A program made the position numbers and the translations under genes. A stretch of DNA of 64,000 nucleotides from Coleofasciculus sp. B1-GNL1-01 (GTDB lineage: Bacteria > Cyanobacteriota > Cyanobacteriia > Cyanobacteriales > Coleofasciculaceae): assembly GCA_040220235.1 (NCBI GenBank), contig JAVJTO010000084.1. The stretch is one strand, 5' to 3'. The stretch's first letter is position 1, and every line of letters starts with the position of its first letter. Below are positions 41,393 to 50,222 of the stretch, piece after piece. The notes below the pieces were generated by a model that ran no database searches, had not been told where the DNA came from, and worked only from the letters and a program-made list of their open reading frames with translations.

Positions 41393-42172
41393 ATGATGAA
41401 AAATCACCCCCGAAAACGAAATGATTTAGAGTTTTATGACCGCATGGCTGACCGATGGTGGCAACCCAATGAAAAAATATATACCCTTTCTTATCTCAAT
41501 TCACCTCGATTTAATTTTTTTGATTCTTATGTTAGAGACTGGCAAGGCTTGAAGGTTTTAGACGTTGGCTGTGGCGGGGGATATTCTTGTGAGTTTATGG
41601 CAGCAAAAGGAGCAATTGTCTCCGGAATTGACCGCTCTTATCCATGCATCATCAGCGCTCGAAACCATGCCCCAACTCAGGGCTGGGAGATTGACTACAG
41701 CGTTGGGCAAGCTGAAGCTTTACCTTGGCAAAATGATACCTTTGATGCTGTCATTTGTGTGGATGTCTTAGAACATGTTGTCGATTGGCAAAAGACCGTG
41801 GCAGAAATTTATCGAGTTTTGCGACCGCAGGGATACTTCTTTTTTGATACCATTAATCGAACCGTAAAGTCAAAACTAATATTTATAGTAGTGTTGGAAG
41901 ATATTTTACAAGAAATACCCATTGGTGTTCATGATTGGCACAAGTTTATTCAACCTCAAGAATTAAGAAGTGTTTTATGGCAAGTTGGTTTTAGTGATAT
42001 AGATATTAAAGGATTTGACTTATTCGGGGTTTCTTTATATCAAAATATTTGTGCCTATATCCACTATAAAAAGACTGGAGGATTTCAAGCTAAGATTAGT
42101 GATAACACATCCCTGATGTATATTGGCAAAGCAGTGAAAGGGAAATCCGTAAAATCACTGAGGGCTGGTTGA
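41393..42172 (+). CDS. UbiG-like class I SAM-dependent O-methyltransferase
   Basis: A..WW, LN..R, VLDVGCGGG, DVLEHV, TINRT, HDW.KFI.P.EL. Confidence 0.85.
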   Translation: MMKNHPRKRNDLEFYDRMADRWWQPNEKIYTLSYLNSPRFNFFDSYVRDWQGLKVLDVGCGGGYSCEFMAAKGAIVSGIDRSYPCIISARNHAPTQGWEIDYSVGQAEALPWQNDTFDAVICVDVLEHVVDWQKTVAEIYRVLRPQGYFFFDTINRTVKSKLIFIVVLEDILQEIPIGVHDWHKFIQPQELRSVLWQVGFSDIDIKGFDLFGVSLYQNICAYIHYKKTGGFQAKISDNTSLMYIGKAVKGKSVKSLRAG

Positions 42173-42282
42173 ATAAGTTTTTGAGTAAGGGGAGGGGACT
42201 CTTAATAGGATAGGGAATAGAGAAGAGGAAAAGTTGTTGTAGTGCGAGCGTCTCGCTCGCTACTGTGTCGGTTATTTACGTT

Positions 42283-43113
42283 TTACTTATTTACTGGATG
42301 AGTTCTAGCTGGATAAGCTGACCATTCCCACATCGAACCAGGATAGTTTTTGACACAGGTATATCCTAACTCAGTTAGCACCGCGACAATAAAAGCAGAG
42401 CGCACACCCCCTGTACAATAGGTAGCAATCGGAGTCTCGCGATCGCATCCCTGTTGATGTAGCCGAGTCATAATTTCCTCTGGGGAAAGTAAGTACCCTC
42501 TTTTATCCATCAAATCTTGGAAATGGAAATGCACAGCACCAGGAATATGTCCACCCCGTTTTTCACAGTAGGGCGTAGCGCCAGCAAATTCTTCTGGTGA
42601 ACGGCTATCCAGGACAACAAACGCTTGGGTTGTCAAATTGTCTTGCAATTGATGGCGCTGAATCGTCCAGAAGGGTGTAGGTTTGACAACAAAGTCTCCG
42701 GGTGCTGGACGAGTCAATCCCCAAACCGTGGGAACTCCCACAGACATCAGCGCCGCCTGTCCCCCATTCACAAAAGCCGCTTGCGGGTGTCCCAGAGTCC
42801 GCAACATCCACACCACTCGCCCCTCTTCGCCAAAGTTATTAGGGGGATTGCCAATCACGATAACAGGTTTACGGTTACAGATCCCTAACTTCTGAAGTTT
42901 TTCTTCGAGTATCTTTGCGTCTTTGAGCAGTTTTCCGTTCGGGGGTAACAGTTGCTCTAAGAATTGCCACCATCCTAACCAAACCGCACCAGGAACATGA
43001 CTGAAAAACCAGGATATCGGCTGGCGAACATCTAGCACAGTTGCGGCGTTTTGTTTGATGAGTTTCTTGGCTTCGGCTGCATTGACGACCCAGCGATGTT
43101 GCAGTTGGCTCAT
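42283..43113 (-). CDS. Tandem-domain rhodanese/sulfurtransferase
   Basis: HVPGA, RGGHIPGA, active loop YCTGGVRS, YPGSMWEW. Confidence 0.9.
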   Translation of the reverse strand: MSQLQHRWVVNAAEAKKLIKQNAATVLDVRQPISWFFSHVPGAVWLGWWQFLEQLLPPNGKLLKDAKILEEKLQKLGICNRKPVIVIGNPPNNFGEEGRVVWMLRTLGHPQAAFVNGGQAALMSVGVPTVWGLTRPAPGDFVVKPTPFWTIQRHQLQDNLTTQAFVVLDSRSPEEFAGATPYCEKRGGHIPGAVHFHFQDLMDKRGYLLSPEEIMTRLHQQGCDRETPIATYCTGGVRSAFIVAVLTELGYTCVKNYPGSMWEWSAYPARTHPVNK

Positions 43114-43169
43114 GATTGGGTTGGTTATGGGAAGATGGGGTAGGTTTTGTTGTTCATTTATCGGTGAGG

Positions 43170-43233
43170 AGGGCGGGTTTTGTTGTTCAGTTAGTGGTGA
43201 CTAGCTGAATTGATACCCTAAACCCGCCCCTAC
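43170..43233. repeat. REP doublet (GGGCGGGTTT...AAACCCGCCCCTAC family)
   Basis: Direct reading. Confidence 0.75.
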
Positions 43234-43342
43234 AGTGGCTAAAGGGAAACCCGACAATTGACTTTTTAAATCCCCAGAATAGAATGGTGGTCGGTTGTAC
43301 GGATCAACCTAAAGTAAGATTCCCATTCAGGAGACCTATACT

Positions 43343-45361
43343 ATGCTCGTCGATCTATTGAGCCGCAAGCAAACCCACTTCGTCTTGTGGCGTCCGGGTA
43401 TATCCCAACCACCGCCCAGCGTTTACATTGCGAAACCTTCAGCTAAAGCTTCAGATCGATTCGAGAAAGTTGGGGAATACCCCCTCAGCCAATCTCCCGA
43501 GTTTCCAGAGTTGTGGGAAGTCTCGGCTCAAGCCTGTGGGTTAACAGATGGGCAAGTTTACCTGTACTGGTTTAAAATCCGCAACACGGAACCCTACAAC
43601 CCAGACAATATTAACAAAGTTCTCTATTGCACCGATCCAACCGCCACAACTGTAGACCGCCGGATAATCGCCCCTATTCCTGATGAGGACGGCGGTATTG
43701 CCAGTCATGATCCGGCTAGTGTTATTTTGTATCAGAATGGCTCATTAATACCCTGTGATCCGGGGGGACAAACGGTGAATTGGGAAGGAGAACCCCCATT
43801 AGACACCCTACCCGCGAATAATCAACTGGTTATCTATGAACTACCAACCCGTTGGACTCAAGGAAAAACAGAGGACAATCGAGAGGTCGGAATCGGTACG
43901 TTTCAGGATGTGCTGTCTTTGTTGCAACCTCAAACTGCATCTCCTAATTTTTGCCATGTTGAGGCGTTAACAGATGGGAAAGCGCATCTGATGGAATTAG
44001 GAATCAATGCCTTAGAATTATTGCCCCCAGCCGATAGTGATGACAAGCTGGAATGGGGATATGGCACAGCTAACTTTTTTGCGGCTGATTTTGATTTAGG
44101 ACATCCAGAAGGTCAAGATGCGCCAACTGCATCCACGGATTTAGCCAATTTAATTAAAGTGTGTCATCAATTGGGAATGCGTTTCTTTGTTGATATGGTG
44201 ATGGCGTTTTCCCGAAATAATCCGTATCAAAACATCAACTTTCTGGATTTTTATGTTCAATGGCGACCACCGGGCGATCCTCAACGTGATCCAGAACAAG
44301 CAGGTCGTGACGGCTTTGGCGGTGATTTATTTAAGTACAACTATTGGAACGAAGGGTATCATCCAATTCTGGGCAAAAAATCCTGGTTTGTGCCAGCCCG
44401 AGAATATATGAAAGCGTATATGGCTCATTGGCTGAACTACTATCGGGTGGATGGTTTGCGACTGGATAGCGTCAATAATGTTGGGAATTATGACTTTTTA
44501 GAAAAGTTCCGAGAGTTAGCCCGCACCCTTTGGGAAAAACGGGGCGGTTCAAGTAAGCACTTTTTGGTTGTTGGTGAAGAATTAAGTGTCCCCTTAGCCT
44601 TGGTTCACCAAAATCGCTTAGATGGACTCTGGAACGAAAAATTTAAGCAGATTCTGCGACAAGTTATTTTAGGCAAGAATGCGTTTAATGACTCTAGCTT
44701 TGAATGGAGTGTTCGCAAACTGATTGATTGTCGTTTTCTCGGCTTCACTGATAGCGCTCAAGCCGTGAATTATCTCACATCCCATGATGTAGGTGGCTTA
44801 GGGAATGAGCGCTTCTATAACTACCTGATCAATAATGGAATTTACGATACTGAACCCCGGATTAAGCTGGCATTTGTCTGTCTTTTAACTGCTGTTGGTA
44901 TTCCGATGATTTTGGCAGGGGATGAATTTGGGGATCAGCAAGATCTCGATATTACAGATGAACATGCAGATCATAAACAGGTTGACCCCGTTAACTATAG
45001 TCGAGTTCAAGAGGATTGGCGACAACGCATCTTCCAGTATGTAGCCCGGTTAGTTCGTTTCCGCACCTCATCTCAGGCGTTAGCGGTGAATGATAATGAG
45101 TTTATTCATGCCGATTTCCATGAAGGTAAACGGGTCTTAGTCTGGCGGCGTGGCAAAAAAGCAGATGAATGCGTGATTGTTGTGGCTAATTTTTCCGACT
45201 ATGGAACGCCTGTCGGGTCTGAATATAAAGTCCCGAATTGGTCTCCCACTCCAGCAGGTAAGCAGTGGAAAGAAATCACCCAAGACCGCATTGTTCCTCC
45301 TGAATGGGTGGGCAGAGAACCGATTTTTCCGTGGGAAGCCAAGGTTTACGCTTTGATTTAA
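43343..45361 (+). CDS. GH13 alpha-amylase family enzyme (glucan branching enzyme-like)
   Basis: LVIYEL, LGINALELLP, WGY, DGLRLDSV (nucleophile), VGEEL, NYLTSHD, GIPMILAGDEF. Confidence 0.88.
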   Translation: MLVDLLSRKQTHFVLWRPGISQPPPSVYIAKPSAKASDRFEKVGEYPLSQSPEFPELWEVSAQACGLTDGQVYLYWFKIRNTEPYNPDNINKVLYCTDPTATTVDRRIIAPIPDEDGGIASHDPASVILYQNGSLIPCDPGGQTVNWEGEPPLDTLPANNQLVIYELPTRWTQGKTEDNREVGIGTFQDVLSLLQPQTASPNFCHVEALTDGKAHLMELGINALELLPPADSDDKLEWGYGTANFFAADFDLGHPEGQDAPTASTDLANLIKVCHQLGMRFFVDMVMAFSRNNPYQNINFLDFYVQWRPPGDPQRDPEQAGRDGFGGDLFKYNYWNEGYHPILGKKSWFVPAREYMKAYMAHWLNYYRVDGLRLDSVNNVGNYDFLEKFRELARTLWEKRGGSSKHFLVVGEELSVPLALVHQNRLDGLWNEKFKQILRQVILGKNAFNDSSFEWSVRKLIDCRFLGFTDSAQAVNYLTSHDVGGLGNERFYNYLINNGIYDTEPRIKLAFVCLLTAVGIPMILAGDEFGDQQDLDITDEHADHKQVDPVNYSRVQEDWRQRIFQYVARLVRFRTSSQALAVNDNEFIHADFHEGKRVLVWRRGKKADECVIVVANFSDYGTPVGSEYKVPNWSPTPAGKQWKEITQDRIVPPEWVGREPIFPWEAKVYALI

Positions 45362-45650
45362 TTCTTCAAAAAAGGTAACAGAAGCTACCAAATTATCCAT
45401 TGTTTAACCTTGTAGAGGCGTTCCGGTGGAACGTCTCTTTCCTTTGCGGTGGTTGCTCCTATTTTTCTATAAACTGATATAATCTCAAACTATAGCCATT
45501 TTCGGTTGCATAGAATACACTCTCCGGCTCAGGATTCATCGTTCATGGCAGCCTTACTAGGCAATAAACTCTGTATGTAGCATTTCCATAGTAAATGCGA
45601 AAACCTGACTCCTCCCAAACCCTGACTTTTCACGGGACGTCTAAAAACCT

Positions 45651-45715
45651 GAGTCGGCGTGGGTTTAGTTACATCCGGTTGCAACCGAAAAGATAGTGGT
45701 GAAACCCGCCCCTAC
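45651..45715. repeat. REP doublet, near-identical (inverted) to 63694-63758
   Basis: Shared spacer tagt.acatccggttgcaaccgaaaagatagt.gtgaaacccg. Confidence 0.8.
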
Positions 45716-45863
45716 ACAATTCCAACTCACGTTGCACCACATACCGTGGAAAGTTAGCTACCCAACGCTTCTATTAGCCAGGGTAGGGGTAGCGCTAACC
45801 ACTCGTATGTCTTTTCCAAAAGAGTATCCTGAACAACGTTATACCGCCACTCACTCACAACCC

Positions 45864-47060
45864 ATGAATACTCCAACAGCAAAAAACTTAACCCAACGCT
45901 TCAATTTAAAGTTTGACCCTCATACCTATCGCCGCATTATTGGCAAAAAAGAGGTCGTGATTCACTGCCATCATTATAACGCTCGCCTGCAAAATATTAT
46001 CGAAGGCACTAAGCAAATTAATGGCAAAGCGATTATTTTATCGGCGGCTGAAGAAATATTTTCCGATTATATCCATAATTTTTTTGAACCGGAAGATACC
46101 TTAGCCGATAAATGGCAAATAGCCGCCAAACTCTATGCTCACTTAGGATATGGATGTTTGGACTTTTCCCAAATTAGTCAAGGCATCGTTACCTCCAGTA
46201 GTTCCCACTTTGTCGAAGGATGGAAAGCCGGATTTATTGAATCCAACTGTCCCGTCTGTACGTTTACTGAAGGATATCTGCAAGGCGTGATTCATGGAAT
46301 TACCGGCGAATCGGTGTATGTCCGAGAAAAAGCTTGTATGAATATGGGAGCGGATACCTGTCAGTTTATTATTGATCAATCCCGAACAAATTCTATAACG
46401 TATCCGCCGCAGCGAAGCCTAAACTTTAAATCTAAACCCACAAGTCAATTTGCTAAATCGAATATTGATGAGGGAAAAATCATTAACGCTCTGGTTGAAA
46501 TGCCGTTTTATGGCAACAATCAGGGATTAGTTCCGGCGTTTAATGTTTATTTAGCGAATACCCCTGCGGATTTTTATAATTTAATCTGTATTCGGTTTAT
46601 GGAAAGCATGAAAAAGCAAGGGTTATTCAGCACAGCCAAGAATCTTCTTTTATTTGCTGGAGAAGTCTGTGCGGTGAATACCCTTCGCGGTATTATTATT
46701 TCAGCAGAATGGTATGAGTTAATTGCTCCCATGGTTCAAGAAGAGTCGGATAATTTATATGGCTTAATTGCGGTAACCAATGCTTTGGGTTGGGGCAATT
46801 GGCATGTGATCAATTATGAACCGGGTGAACGTTTGCAAATGGAAGCCCTGAATGGATATGAAGCTTTAGGTTATCTAGAATACAAAGGCGAAGCCAAAGA
46901 ACCCCAATGTTTTACGTTAACGGGTGTCGCGGCGGGAATTATGGCATTGCTGCATGGCGAAGGTACGGTTGAGGAACGGGTAGGAACTTATGCTTCGGAA
47001 GAAAGCCAGTGTATTTGTTGTCAAGAAACGTCTTGTAAATTTCAGGTTGAATTACTTTGA
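45864..47060 (+). CDS. Soluble tandem V4R (XylR_N/4VR-like) domain protein
   Basis: Two repeats with LG(Y/W)G and PxC.(F/L)..G...G...E..C......C.F: PVCTFTEGYLQG...VREKACMNMGADTCQF and PQCFTLTGVAAG...SEESQCICCQETSCKF; upstream ORF extension is REP-derived. Confidence 0.8.
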   Translation: MNTPTAKNLTQRFNLKFDPHTYRRIIGKKEVVIHCHHYNARLQNIIEGTKQINGKAIILSAAEEIFSDYIHNFFEPEDTLADKWQIAAKLYAHLGYGCLDFSQISQGIVTSSSSHFVEGWKAGFIESNCPVCTFTEGYLQGVIHGITGESVYVREKACMNMGADTCQFIIDQSRTNSITYPPQRSLNFKSKPTSQFAKSNIDEGKIINALVEMPFYGNNQGLVPAFNVYLANTPADFYNLICIRFMESMKKQGLFSTAKNLLLFAGEVCAVNTLRGIIISAEWYELIAPMVQEESDNLYGLIAVTNALGWGNWHVINYEPGERLQMEALNGYEALGYLEYKGEAKEPQCFTLTGVAAGIMALLHGEGTVEERVGTYASEESQCICCQETSCKFQVELL

Positions 47061-47139
47061 ACTATTGTTGTCATGACTACATTTATCAACCTAAAAAAAA
47101 CCTATTTAGGAAATAACGTTTTAAACAGGAGCTAATATC

Positions 47140-48729
47140 GTGAAGGATTGCCCTTTATATGCCGTTTATACAGGAGGGATGCTCATCTTAGATGACTCCC
47201 TAACCATATTCAATGTTACTCCAGAATTTTGTGAACATTTTGCCTGTACTCCGGAGTCGATTGTGGGAAAGCCCTTAGACAGCTTATTCAGTCGTAAAGA
47301 TAAAAGAGGTAGGTTTTTATTCCACAAAAAATTAAGTCAATATAAAAAAGGATTCCTGGACTTAACTATCGTCATATTCATCAATAAAAGCGAATTTATT
47401 TCCCGTCTGCGACTGGTTAAACGAGAGAAAGAATGGCTGGCAATCTTTGAGAATATACTGGCTGAAGATGATGATCTGTTTCGAGAGTTTTATTTGGGAC
47501 GAGAACGATGGACAAGTATCGTGCGAAATTCATCAGAGGGTATTGCTATTCTGGATAGTGAGGGACGGTTAGTCGAATTTAATAGTCGCTTCTTGGAAAT
47601 CATGCAATTTCGCTCTGTTCATGGGGTTTTACTAAATGAATCGGCTCTCTTAAATAAACATCTATTTAATTTATCAGACAATGACCAGTTTAATTCAGTC
47701 AAAAAATATTTTGAAAAAGCAAAAACTAGCAAACGTAAGTCTTACCAAGAGATTCAGCATTTATCGTATTATCTCCGTTTAGAAATAACTCCGATTTATT
47801 TGCCCGTCAAAGGATTTTCTGGATGTAGTTTTGTAATCAAGGACATAACCCACCAAAAACAGCTTGAATTCATGGCACAACAGTTACAACAGAAAAATCA
47901 GGAATTGGAACGTCAGAAACAAGAGTTGCAAGCCGCCCATCAAGAAATTATTACGCTGAATCAAAAACTCCAACAAGAAAACCTGCGGCTGAGTGCTGAA
48001 CTCGACGTCACTAAGAAACTGCAACAGATGATTTTACCCAAACAGGAGGAACTGGATTTAATTGAAGGATTAGATATTGCGGGATTTATGCAACCTGCTG
48101 ATGAAGTTGGCGGTGACTATTATGATGTCATTCAACAGAATGGCAATGTCAAAATTAGCATTGGAGATGTCACCGGGCATGGGTTAGAAAGTGGAGTGTT
48201 GATGTTAATGACTCAAACGGCGGTGCGAACCTTACAAGAAAGTGAGGAAACTAATCCGGTAAAATTCCTGGATATCCTCAATCGCACTATTTACAGTAAC
48301 ATACAGCGGATTAATCCCTATAGAAATTTAACGTTGGCGGTTTTAGATTATGCCAATGGTACATTGGGTGTCAGTGGCCAACATGAAGATATTATCATCG
48401 TGCGTACTGGCGGAAAAGTGGAACGGATTAACACAACCCATCTAGGTTTTCCTTTGGGGTTAGAGGAAGAAATTTCTGAATTTATTGATCAAAAAAAGAT
48501 ACAGTTAGATTCCGGAGATGTGATAGTCTTATACACAGATGGTGTGACAGAAGCGTATAACTCCCATCGAAAACAATACGGACTAGAGCGGTTATGTGAA
48601 ATTGTTAGTCGTAATTGCCAGAAATCGGCGCAAGAGATTAGACAAGTGGTGATTGACGATGTACGGAGACATATTGGTGAACAGAAAGTCGCTGATGATA
48701 TTACGTTAGTGGTACTCAAGCAGAAATAA
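47140..48729 (+). CDS. PAS-PAS-coiled coil-PP2C (SpoIIE/RsbU-type) phosphatase
   Basis: GTG start with AGGAG; PAS motifs; PADEVGGDYYD, IGDVTGHG, LYTDGVTEA, DDIT. Confidence 0.9.
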   Translation: MKDCPLYAVYTGGMLILDDSLTIFNVTPEFCEHFACTPESIVGKPLDSLFSRKDKRGRFLFHKKLSQYKKGFLDLTIVIFINKSEFISRLRLVKREKEWLAIFENILAEDDDLFREFYLGRERWTSIVRNSSEGIAILDSEGRLVEFNSRFLEIMQFRSVHGVLLNESALLNKHLFNLSDNDQFNSVKKYFEKAKTSKRKSYQEIQHLSYYLRLEITPIYLPVKGFSGCSFVIKDITHQKQLEFMAQQLQQKNQELERQKQELQAAHQEIITLNQKLQQENLRLSAELDVTKKLQQMILPKQEELDLIEGLDIAGFMQPADEVGGDYYDVIQQNGNVKISIGDVTGHGLESGVLMLMTQTAVRTLQESEETNPVKFLDILNRTIYSNIQRINPYRNLTLAVLDYANGTLGVSGQHEDIIIVRTGGKVERINTTHLGFPLGLEEEISEFIDQKKIQLDSGDVIVLYTDGVTEAYNSHRKQYGLERLCEIVSRNCQKSAQEIRQVVIDDVRRHIGEQKVADDITLVVLKQK

Positions 48730-48731
48730 AT

Positions 48732-49316
48732 ATGAATCAGAATCAGATATTGGGAAACTTCAGAGACGATATACTTGCCGATTACAAGCTGTTTACGCTG
48801 GAATTGTATATCCACGCGATTTCCCGCGTCCGCCGCAAGCAAACTCGGTATTTGTCTGTGGCGTTCATGACAGACTATATCGCTAATCTCTTTCCTACCC
48901 AAGAGGACGATATTCAAACCTTTGAACGACAACTAAAAATCAAGAGTGCAGCAACTTATATCACCAATGAGTTATTAGAGAATTGCGTCAAATTTCATGA
49001 TAATCGGTTAAAACATCCAATAAAAATCAGTAGCTGTTTACAGGAGAATAATTTAGCCTTAATTGCTACAAATTGTGTTAGTCCGGCACGATTAGACAAG
49101 CTGAAGGCATTTGTTGATGAACTGCTCAGATCAGATGTTAATGAACTTTATTTTCGTCAATTAGAAAAAGGTGCTGAAGAGAATAGTGAGCAATCTCAGT
49201 TGGGGTTTCTCAGCATGACTAATGATTATAGTGCTAAGTTGGGCTGGAAAATTGAAGCCATTCACCAAAACCCTGAAGTAAAAACAGTTACAACGATGGT
49301 ACAACTAATGACTTAA
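48732..49316 (+). CDS. Anti-sigma-factor-like GHKL Ser kinase (RsbW/SiaB-like)
   Basis: N-box NELLENCVKF, G2-like SQLGFLSM.NDY.AKLGW; 2 bp after the phosphatase stop. Confidence 0.75.
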   Translation: MNQNQILGNFRDDILADYKLFTLELYIHAISRVRRKQTRYLSVAFMTDYIANLFPTQEDDIQTFERQLKIKSAATYITNELLENCVKFHDNRLKHPIKISSCLQENNLALIATNCVSPARLDKLKAFVDELLRSDVNELYFRQLEKGAEENSEQSQLGFLSMTNDYSAKLGWKIEAIHQNPEVKTVTTMVQLMT

Positions 49317-49349
49317 TTAAGTGATCAGAAATAGAATGGAGTATATCGA

Positions 49350-49694
49350 ATGAACATTGAGACCGAAGACTATACAATATGGTATGAACCAACAACGACA
49401 ACTGTGTACTTCAAGGGTTTATTGCGGGAGAGTTTAATTACTGATTATAAACCTATCGAGGAATTACTAGATCAGGTTATGGTTCAAGAACTTCCCCTAA
49501 TTACGATGAACCTACAGCAGCTCGAATTTCTCAACAGTTCGGGTATGAGTGTTTTGTCTCGATTTGTAATTCGTGTACGCAAACAAAAAACGACTCAGCT
49601 AAGGGTTATAGGATCAAGGCAAATGCCCTGGCAAGAAAAGCTTTTAAGTAACTGGCAACGGTTGATGCCCAATTTAAAAGTGGAGTGGGAGTAG
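49350..49694 (+). CDS. STAS anti-anti-sigma-like protein (RsbV/SiaC-like)
   Basis: L.FLNSSG phosphoacceptor motif, G....PWQ.K.L.N..RL.P; GGAG SD. Confidence 0.85.
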   Translation: MNIETEDYTIWYEPTTTTVYFKGLLRESLITDYKPIEELLDQVMVQELPLITMNLQQLEFLNSSGMSVLSRFVIRVRKQKTTQLRVIGSRQMPWQEKLLSNWQRLMPNLKVEWE

Positions 49695-50222
49695 TGCCAG
49701 AATGCAGGAGGCAAGGTAGAAAGAAATGATAACGGTTTAGATGAACCTAATTTTAGCCATATTTTACTGAATTTGAGCTGAACTCAATATATCTGAATAT
49801 ACCTGAAATACCTCTGAAATACCTCAACTATTTACCCTCAATTTTCCTGAATTCATTCTATTCAACTAAAGTATAATAGGACTAGATTTAAAACCTAAAT
49901 CTCTATTGAAAAGCTGAAATCAGGATTCATGCTCATGGGGTCACGACGGTGAAAAAGCAAAAACGGGAATCCAAACTAACCAGTAGGACAATCTGGGTGT
50001 TGTTTGATAGTCCGGAATGAGGGAAACTATAACTAAAATTTATAAGTTTGACTAATAGATTGGGCTGCTGGTTTAATAAAAATAGGGTTGGAATTTTTCC
50101 CTGTATTTTTCTGTGAGCCAAATTGAATTTGGCAAAAACTCCTGGTTGCTACTCAATTACCTTGAAAAGGACTATCTATGATTCCTCATACACTCTGTAT
50201 AAAATAACCATAGGCTTTGATC

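Noticed and set aside
45696..45863. N-terminal extension of the V4R ORF (likewise starts at 26089, 32803, 39075, 21485, 63226)
   Set aside because: These upstream starts lie in repeats or overlap neighbouring genes; downstream ATGs fit the families better
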